Shown here piece after piece: positions 47,361 through 53,455 of a DNA stretch of 53,455 nt (its first letter is position 1; each line of letters opens with the position of its first letter). Below the pieces are notes generated by a model. It worked only from the letters and a program-made list of their open reading frames with translations, ran no database searches and had not been told where the DNA came from. Position numbers and translations under genes: made by a program. The stretch covers positions 1 to 53,455 of the IMG/VR virus record IMGVR_UViG_3300025466_000048; one strand, written 5' to 3'. The DNA is from a virus (Duplodnaviria; Caudoviricetes).

Positions 47361-49705
47361 TGAACCAAGTCCTAGCTCCAAGTGAGAGTGATGATGGAAC
47401 AACCTTCCCACCACCAAGACCCTTCCAAACTCAAGCCCATGAAGCACTTCGCCAAGGGTTTAAGAATGGCCACAAGAACCAAGTGATCATGGCTCCTACG
47501 GGGGCTGGGAAGACCTACCTCGGCATGCGCATCTGCAACGAAGCCATGCAAAAGGGGAAACGTGCAGTCTTCCTTTGTGATCGAACTACCCTGATTGATC
47601 AAACCTCCGATGTGGCTGAGAAATATGGCCTCAAAGATCATGGCATTATCCAAGCCAACCATTGGAGGCGTGATCCAGATCAACTCCTACAGATCGCTTC
47701 AGTTCAGACCATCGCCAAGCGTCAGTTCTGGCCAAAGATGGATGTCCTCGTGGTGGATGAGTGCTTCCCCGGCGACACATTGATTTCAACCCCTTACGGG
47801 CCAAAAGAGATACGCACACTGCATAGTGGTGGACTCATATATAATGCAATGGGCGTTGGCCGAATTGATTCCATTTTTTCCAAGCCAGCATCATCAATTT
47901 GCACTGTGAGGTTGTCCGATGGAACAAAGTTTGAATGCACGCCAGACCATCCAATATTTACCAACGTGGGATGGCGACCCGCTGGCTTCTTGGAAGTCGG
48001 TACGAGGTTATTTCGCTTTCAAGACGTGTGCGGTTTGTACAAAATCCTTCACACCAAAAATGGTGAAAGGCTACAACGGGAAACCAATGCCGCAACTAGA
48101 ATCGAACTTCAGTCAACAGAAATGCTGTGGGAAATCTTGTGCGAAGAAGTTGAAGAACCCGATGCACTCCGAAGAATCGCGCCTGAAGATGCAGAAAACA
48201 TTGAAGGCAATAAAGCATGGGCCAAAGGTACGTGGAGGCAATGGTACTGGTCTAACAAGACCACAAAGCATGGCGGTACAAGCGTTAGGCTCCCAGTGGC
48301 TTACGGAGGTCGTTATTTGCACTATGAAGTCCTCGAAGCAGGGTTATCCGCATCATTACAAAGTGGATGTGGCGAACAAGGAACTGATGATTGCAATCGA
48401 GTTGGATGGCCAGAGTCATGGCTCCTTGAAGCGCCAGTCACAGGACAGAAAAAAGGATTCTTTGCTTCGCAGCCTTGGGTGGAAAGTGTTGAGGTTGAAG
48501 AACGAGGAAGCGATGAACTTGTTTACAACCTACGGGTCTCAGGCCATCCATCATATTTTGCAAATGGCGTGCTAGTTCACAACTGCCATACCATGTACAA
48601 GGCGTGGACTGACTATGCGGTGCAAACGGGGGCTGCGGTCATTGGTCTGTCAGCAACTCCATTCTCTACTGGGATGGGAAAGATCTTCTCAAACCTCATT
48701 AACGCCACCACAATGCACGATTTGACGGTGTCAGGGGTGTTGGTACCCATGAGGATATTTTCTTGCACCAAGCCCGATATGAAGGGCGCTGAGACCGCTG
48801 GTGGGGAGTGGACAGACAAGGCGGCCGAAGAACGTGGCATGAAGATCGTGGGGGACGTGGTCACCGAATGGAGGCGTTTTGCTGAGAATCGGAAGACGAT
48901 TGTCTTTGGGGCTACGATTGCTCACTGTAAAGAGTTGGCTAAGCAGTTCATTGACCAAGGCGTGATGGCTGCTGTCTTTACCTCTGAGACCACTAAGGCT
49001 GAGCGCAAGATGCTCTTGGATGAGTATAGAAAGAATGATAGTGTTCTCAAGATTTTGATCAGCGTGGAAGCCTTAGCCAAGGGATTTGACGTGCCCGACG
49101 TAGGCTGTGTGTGTGATGCACGACCATTGAGGAAGTCATTGTCCACCGCAATCCAGATGTGGGGGCGTGGGCTGAGGTCGGCACCCAACAAGGAGGACTG
49201 TTACCTCTTAGACTTCAGTGGCAACATCATCCGCTTTGCTGAGGACTATTCGGATATTTACTTCAACGGTCTTGACGCCTTAGACGATGGCGAGAAGCTT
49301 GACAAGAAGATCAGAAAGGACGAAGACTACGAGTTGAAGGGTTGCCCTCGGTGTGGATATAAACCCTTTGCCAAGCGTTGTATGGGCTGTGGGTACGAGA
49401 AGATCAGCCAAGCAATCACGGAAACGTTGCCAGGTCACATGCAAGAGATCTTTATCGGTGAGGGGAAGAATAAGAAAAAGCTCGCGGACAACGCTCAGCA
49501 CTTGTGGCATCAAGTGGTAACCTATGCCAAGTTCCATAGTAAGCCTGAGACCCAAAAGGGTAGGGCATATCACTTGTACAAAAAGATCACTGGTCAAGAT
49601 CCTATGTGGCAATTTTCCTCAGCACCACAGGTTGAGATATCTAGAAATGTTGTGAACAAAATCACACAATTGAACATGGCCTGGCGTAAGGGGATGCAAA
49701 AATGA
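47360..49705 (+). CDS. SF2 DExH helicase (RadD/YejH-like) with intein
   Basis: APTGAGKT, DE|CH, GLSATP, KGFDVP, QMWGRGLR, CPRC..CMGC. Confidence 0.92.
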   Translation: MNQVLAPSESDDGTTFPPPRPFQTQAHEALRQGFKNGHKNQVIMAPTGAGKTYLGMRICNEAMQKGKRAVFLCDRTTLIDQTSDVAEKYGLKDHGIIQANHWRRDPDQLLQIASVQTIAKRQFWPKMDVLVVDECFPGDTLISTPYGPKEIRTLHSGGLIYNAMGVGRIDSIFSKPASSICTVRLSDGTKFECTPDHPIFTNVGWRPAGFLEVGTRLFRFQDVCGLYKILHTKNGERLQRETNAATRIELQSTEMLWEILCEEVEEPDALRRIAPEDAENIEGNKAWAKGTWRQWYWSNKTTKHGGTSVRLPVAYGGRYLHYEVLEAGLSASLQSGCGEQGTDDCNRVGWPESWLLEAPVTGQKKGFFASQPWVESVEVEERGSDELVYNLRVSGHPSYFANGVLVHNCHTMYKAWTDYAVQTGAAVIGLSATPFSTGMGKIFSNLINATTMHDLTVSGVLVPMRIFSCTKPDMKGAETAGGEWTDKAAEERGMKIVGDVVTEWRRFAENRKTIVFGATIAHCKELAKQFIDQGVMAAVFTSETTKAERKMLLDEYRKNDSVLKILISVEALAKGFDVPDVGCVCDARPLRKSLSTAIQMWGRGLRSAPNKEDCYLLDFSGNIIRFAEDYSDIYFNGLDALDDGEKLDKKIRKDEDYELKGCPRCGYKPFAKRCMGCGYEKISQAITETLPGHMQEIFIGEGKNKKKLADNAQHLWHQVVTYAKFHSKPETQKGRAYHLYKKITGQDPMWQFSSAPQVEISRNVVNKITQLNMAWRKGMQK
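47762..48583 (+). mobile_element. intein, 274 aa, in helicase Walker B
   Basis: Starts CFPGDT, block B CTPDHPIF, ends VYNLRV..HPSYFANGVLVHN, +1 Cys; splicing restores DECH. Confidence 0.93.
47919..48575 (+). CDS. Vsr/DUF559-like endonuclease overprinted in the +1 frame of the intein
   Basis: GAGG 7 nt before ATG; CAVC...CGKSC; KVDVA...IAIELDGQSH...DRKKD..L...GWKVLR. Confidence 0.82.
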   Translation: MEQSLNARQTIQYLPTWDGDPLASWKSVRGYFAFKTCAVCTKSFTPKMVKGYNGKPMPQLESNFSQQKCCGKSCAKKLKNPMHSEESRLKMQKTLKAIKHGPKVRGGNGTGLTRPQSMAVQALGSQWLTEVVICTMKSSKQGYPHHYKVDVANKELMIAIELDGQSHGSLKRQSQDRKKDSLLRSLGWKVLRLKNEEAMNLFTTYGSQAIHHILQMAC

Positions 49706-50577
49706 GCTTCATAGACTTTGCACGAGCCCATGGGGTGGAGGTCGATCCATCCCGTTTATACCCTTCCGACAAGATCAAACGCTGCGGTACCGTGGATAAG
49801 CCTAAGAGTGGCAACGGTGCTTACTTCTGGGACGGTCAGCGCGGATGGGTCTTTGACTGGTCAGGAGAGGCTAGGACGATCTGGTACGAGGATCCCCATG
49901 CCAAACCATGGACAGATCAAGAAAAGCGCCAATGGGCTTTAAAACGCCAAGTGGCGAATTCAGAGAAGGATCGAGCCTATGAGTTGGCGTCTGAAAAGGC
50001 TGACATCATTCTAAAAAGGGCTGACCTCAAAGAGCATGGTTACCTCGTAATCAAAGGCTTTCCAGAAGAGCTAGGCTTAGTCTCTGAAGATCGTCTTTTA
50101 ATCCCCATGAGGAACGTGGTCACGAATAAACTCCAAGGCTATCAGTCAATCTGGTGGAACATGGAGGAGAGGAAGTACGAGAAGAAAATGCTTTTAGGCA
50201 TGAGGGCTAAGAATGCAGTCCACCGACTAGGCTCTAAAACAGCGTCAGAGACGTGGTTGGTCGAAGGATATGCCACAGGCTTGTCCGTGTACCATGCGCT
50301 TCGTAGCATCGGTTCTGATGCGTCTGTGGTGGTTTGCTTTTCGGCATCCAATCTGGTTCAGGTTGCCGATCAGATCAAGGGGCAACGTTTTGTCTTTGCT
50401 GACAACGATGAGAGCAAGACAGGCGAGAAGTCTGCGGAGCAAACAGGACTCCCTTGGACGATGGCAGATACTGTTGGATTTGATGCCAATGATCTACACG
50501 TTAAGAGTGGATTGTTTGCTGTTGTTGGAAAAATTATGCAATTACGTAGAAAGGTGTTGACAAGCGTTGGTGCTTGA
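49702..50577 (+). CDS. Toprim-domain DNA primase
   Basis: LLIPMR, EGYATG, FADND, DAND. Confidence 0.85.
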   Translation: MSFIDFARAHGVEVDPSRLYPSDKIKRCGTVDKPKSGNGAYFWDGQRGWVFDWSGEARTIWYEDPHAKPWTDQEKRQWALKRQVANSEKDRAYELASEKADIILKRADLKEHGYLVIKGFPEELGLVSEDRLLIPMRNVVTNKLQGYQSIWWNMEERKYEKKMLLGMRAKNAVHRLGSKTASETWLVEGYATGLSVYHALRSIGSDASVVVCFSASNLVQVADQIKGQRFVFADNDESKTGEKSAEQTGLPWTMADTVGFDANDLHVKSGLFAVVGKIMQLRRKVLTSVGA

Positions 50578-50587
50578 TGGGTATAAT
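50557..50587 (+). promoter_or_regulatory. putative sigma70 promoter
   Basis: TTGACA-19bp-TATAAT (perfect hexamers, long spacer). Confidence 0.55.
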
Positions 50588-50596
50588 TCATTTAAC

Positions 50597-50715
50597 TTGT
50601 TGGAAGTGAGACGCCAACAAAAGAACCGTTAGTTCAAGCTCCGGCCCCGTTAGGGGTTGGCTCCCTCGAAAGGGGTTGCCCGTCTCACTCGGGGCTTGAC
50701 CTAACGGTTTTTTTT
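50597..50715 (+). ncRNA. candidate pseudoknotted RNA ending in a terminator-like stem
   Basis: Hairpin loop AGTGAGACG complementary to CGTCTCACT; multibranch closed by AACCGTTAG/CTAACGGTT + T-run. Confidence 0.6.
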
Positions 50716-51046
50716 CGTCTTAATCCAGCCGTACTCCGCACGATAGCAAGCACCCCAGTCGTGGTGGCGCGGAAGGAAAGCGTATCCTACTAGAACGACT
50801 AACTAGTGGGTGTGAGCCTTAGTAAGGGGACTCACACAGGCATACACGATTGTGACGGCGTTAGCGTGTATCCCGATGAACTGCTCGTCATGCGCACTTG
50901 GCCTTTTTGAGTCACTGACCATTAAGGTGGAGATTGTGAACTTCATCCGTTCACCTTGTGTAGCTTTGGCTGAAATTTTTTTGACTTTGAAATCAAACTT
51001 TGTGTTAGACTAGTCAGACCACGACGTTGTGGGGTAAGGAGTAAAG

Positions 51047-51511
51047 ATGAAATACAGGTTAACGTACTCGGTGATGGATGCAATGATGGCGAGCCCTGAC
51101 CATCCGATGAAGGCTCAAAGGCGTGACTATCAGATGATGATCATTAGGACTTCCTTGGCGTCGATTGAACGCGCGGAGAATCCAACGACTGATGATTGGA
51201 AGATCATTTCTCAGGCGATCAACATGATGGAGATGTTAGTCGAGATGGGGTTTGCGAAAGATGAAGATGGCTTGATCAAAGATGCGATAGATGCCATGGC
51301 GAGTTCTGCGCAAAGATACAAAGACAAGAAGGTGATGAGATTCTCTGGCAACGAAATGAAAGTTATACGTGGAATCATTGACGACTATCAGACGATGATA
51401 GAGAACTTAGATGAGCGAACCATGATCCACTGCCACCGTAAGACGGAAATGCGCTTACAAGAGATTCTAAGTGGCAAGAAACGCCCAACTGATGTGAGGA
51501 TACCAGCATGA
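51047..51511 (+). CDS. hypothetical protein
   Basis: TAAGGAG RBS; upstream TTGACT...TGnTAGACT promoter-like sequence. Confidence 0.75.
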   Translation: MKYRLTYSVMDAMMASPDHPMKAQRRDYQMMIIRTSLASIERAENPTTDDWKIISQAINMMEMLVEMGFAKDEDGLIKDAIDAMASSAQRYKDKKVMRFSGNEMKVIRGIIDDYQTMIENLDERTMIHCHRKTEMRLQEILSGKKRPTDVRIPA

Positions 51512-51792
51512 CTAAAGAAGAAATCATTGAGATGGCGCACAAGTCAGGTCTTCATTTGGCAACTGATGTGAACTGGATGCCAATCATTGGGCTTGAGTAT
51601 CTTGAGAAATTTTCCAAACTGGTAGCAGAAAAAGCAGTTGAAGAAGCAAACCATATTATTTTTAAAAGTTGCATCAATCAACCACATTGGAAAAGATCAG
51701 CAATGCGTTATTTAAAACGCAATGCGCCAATGTTGCATCACCAAGCTGTACATGAATTTAACGAACATCCTGATGGAAGGGGACAAGAATGA
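51508..51792 (+). CDS. hypothetical protein (MTKEEIIEMA family)
   Basis: Paralogous N-terminus; coupled. Confidence 0.65.
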   Translation: MTKEEIIEMAHKSGLHLATDVNWMPIIGLEYLEKFSKLVAEKAVEEANHIIFKSCINQPHWKRSAMRYLKRNAPMLHHQAVHEFNEHPDGRGQE

Positions 51793-51974
51793 AAACCAAA
51801 GAAGAAATTAAAGAAGAAATCATTGAGTTGTATGGTGCGAACAAAGCGTTAGGTGAAGTGTCAACTCGTTTGCACCAACAACAGATAGAAATTACAAAGA
51901 GACTATACGCTTTAAACCATATGTTGGGAGCAATGAAAGAAGGGGAAAAAGATGAATCACGAAAAAACATTTGA
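51789..51974 (+). CDS. hypothetical protein
   Basis: ATGA coupling. Confidence 0.6.
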   Translation: MKTKEEIKEEIIELYGANKALGEVSTRLHQQQIEITKRLYALNHMLGAMKEGEKDESRKNI

Positions 51975-52311
51975 AGCAATCAACAAACTCAAAGAAATAG
52001 AGATTGAATTGCATCGTTTGAAGAACGCTTTGGAAATGACCAACAGAGCACTAGAAACAAAAGATGAGCCTGTGGGATGGATAGACAGTAAAGGCTACAT
52101 GATTTGTGTAAAGACAGATGAATCTTGCAGACCTCTCTACACCACACCACAACGCACATGGGTAGGACTGACTGAAGATGAAATTCATGAGTGTTTTGAG
52201 GAATGTTGCAATCTTAAAGTTGTTGACCCGAAAGGCGGTGTTAGAGGAAGCGTAAACATTTTTGATGTGGGTATGGCAATTGAAGCCAAGCTGAAGGAGA
52301 AAAACACATGA
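51952..52311 (+). CDS. hypothetical protein (EPVGW..PLYT + WVGLT module)
   Basis: Shares C-terminal module with 1..252 and 249..446. Confidence 0.7.
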   Translation: MNHEKTFEAINKLKEIEIELHRLKNALEMTNRALETKDEPVGWIDSKGYMICVKTDESCRPLYTTPQRTWVGLTEDEIHECFEECCNLKVVDPKGGVRGSVNIFDVGMAIEAKLKEKNT

Positions 52312-52526
52312 GATTTTGGTTATATGTTATTAAAGCAGTTTGGCGTTCTGTTAGAGGGCGATGGTATGTATGGCGTGATGTACCGACAGATGTTGTGAGA
52401 AAAATTGCATCACTTTGGTACTTTGAGCGAAAAAATGAGAAAAATGAATTGGTGTATGAAGCGTATAAAGAATATCAACTTAGAAAATTAAAGGGAAAAA
52501 AACATGAATCCATTTCCAACATATAA
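52308..52526 (+). CDS. hypothetical protein
   Basis: AAGGAG RBS, ATGA coupling. Confidence 0.6.
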   Translation: MRFWLYVIKAVWRSVRGRWYVWRDVPTDVVRKIASLWYFERKNEKNELVYEAYKEYQLRKLKGKKHESISNI

Positions 52527-52824
52527 AGAAAATGGTGAGCTAGACACTAGGTTAAGAGTAGACCCAGTAACTGGGGATGTAGGCATAGGAACACCAAAAG
52601 GAGCGCACCATATGACTAAAGATGAAATCATAGAGATGGCTTGCCAAGCATTTGGTGGCGTTATTAAAAAAGAAGAACGTGACAATTTCATAGCCTTTGC
52701 CAAACTGGTAGCAGAACATGAGCGTGAGGCTTGTGCAAGTTTGGCAGAAGAATACGCTAATGGGTTGGAACGCAATTACTCTGAGATTATTGCTGAAAAC
52801 ATTCGAGCAAGGGGAAAAGAATGA
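52504..52824 (+). CDS. hypothetical protein (MTKDEIIEMA...EREAC...IRARG family; internal start 52612)
   Basis: AAAGGAG before ATG 52612. Confidence 0.65.
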   Translation: MNPFPTYKENGELDTRLRVDPVTGDVGIGTPKGAHHMTKDEIIEMACQAFGGVIKKEERDNFIAFAKLVAEHEREACASLAEEYANGLERNYSEIIAENIRARGKE

Positions 52825-53054
52825 CTAAAGAAATAGTTTTAATGAATGGCTTTGGATCAATAGCAAAAACTGCTTTTGTTGTTGTTAAAACCTCAGACAA
52901 TCAAATTCAATTTTCAACTGAAACTGGGTTTGGATCATTGTTTACAGATAAAGTAAAAACAGGCAATGGTCAAACAGTTGGGGAAAGAAATAGATCTAAT
53001 CTTCATGCCATGTTAGACGCATGGATTGACAAAAAAGAATGGGTGCAAGAATGA
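52821..53054 (+). CDS. hypothetical protein
   Basis: ATGA coupling. Confidence 0.55.
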   Translation: MTKEIVLMNGFGSIAKTAFVVVKTSDNQIQFSTETGFGSLFTDKVKTGNGQTVGERNRSNLHAMLDAWIDKKEWVQE

Positions 53055-53236
53055 CTGATGACGAAATCATAGAGATGTCTAGTAAGGCTGGCTTCAATGG
53101 TCTTTTTTCACTGATTGTATTTGCCAGAATGGTAGCAGAGCGTGAACGTGAGGAATGTGCAAAGATTGCAGAAGAACCGTGGCAAGGCAGTCCTAAAGCA
53201 ATAGCAGAACTAATCCGAGCAAGGGGACAAGAATGA
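53051..53236 (+). CDS. hypothetical protein (MTDDEIIEM...EREEC...IRARG family)
   Basis: Paralogue of 52612..52824. Confidence 0.65.
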   Translation: MTDDEIIEMSSKAGFNGLFSLIVFARMVAEREREECAKIAEEPWQGSPKAIAELIRARGQE

Positions 53237-53406
53237 CTAACACAGAAACTAAAATTACTTTTTACAAACCTCCTGAACCAGTTGGTTATTGGTGTTTGTA
53301 TGGTGGTGGGCCTACAACAAAATTTGCTATGTTTCAAAAGCCAACTGATGAACAAATCAAAAACACAACTGAATTGTTGGGATGGATTTGGGAGGATGCG
53401 AAATGA
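53233..53406 (+). CDS. hypothetical protein, 57 aa (not in ORF track)
   Basis: ATGA coupling at both ends; PEPVGYW...LLGWIWED. Confidence 0.6.
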   Translation: MTNTETKITFYKPPEPVGYWCLYGGGPTTKFAMFQKPTDEQIKNTTELLGWIWEDAK

Positions 53407-53455
53407 CTGACGAAGAACTAGTTGAGATGGTTAAGAAGTCTGGATGGTCTGGCAT

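Noticed and set aside
53403-53455. Window ends joining into a closed circle
   Set aside because: Direct joining puts the 53403 ORF out of frame with the coding frame at 1..252, and I saw no terminal repeat; the ends are probably near each other but some sequence is missing
1-53455. Integrating temperate lifestyle, DGR or retron
   Set aside because: No integrase, CI-type repressor or reverse transcriptase recognised in the window

Overview
The window looks like a near-complete genome of a tailed dsDNA phage with podovirus-like architecture. Its ends do not join in frame, so a small piece is missing. Order on the + strand: short paralogous early genes, RuvC-like resolvase, Ref/HNH-like nuclease and a C5 cytosine methyltransferase with an overprinted second ORF. 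Then come terS/terL, two polyvalent proteins (2x ART-like; LPD-like + GP88-like), portal, GroES, scaffold and capsid genes, tail fibres, a lysis module (Rz/Rz1, GH19 endolysin), and tail and ejection proteins. A short - strand block follows (exonuclease, SPFH-like, SSB). The replication block is Cro-like HTH, HNH, ParB-like protein, intein-containing helicase and primase. I recognised no integrase, CI repressor, ParA, DNA polymerase, tRNA or CRISPR array. Most notable: (1) A 16-bp site, GTGGCAACAACTCCAC, occurs at least 17 times (9 perfect) across the genome, in both orientations and three peptide readouts, including twice inside an orphan ParB-like CTPase/HTH gene. This is a candidate ParA-less ParB/site system. 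(2) The helicase intein has no in-frame endonuclease; a Vsr/DUF559-like endonuclease is overprinted in its +1 frame. (3) The methyltransferase appears split across two overlapping frames. (4) There are several structured non-coding RNA candidates, two with pseudoknots. All family calls come from motif recognition by eye, not from database searches.
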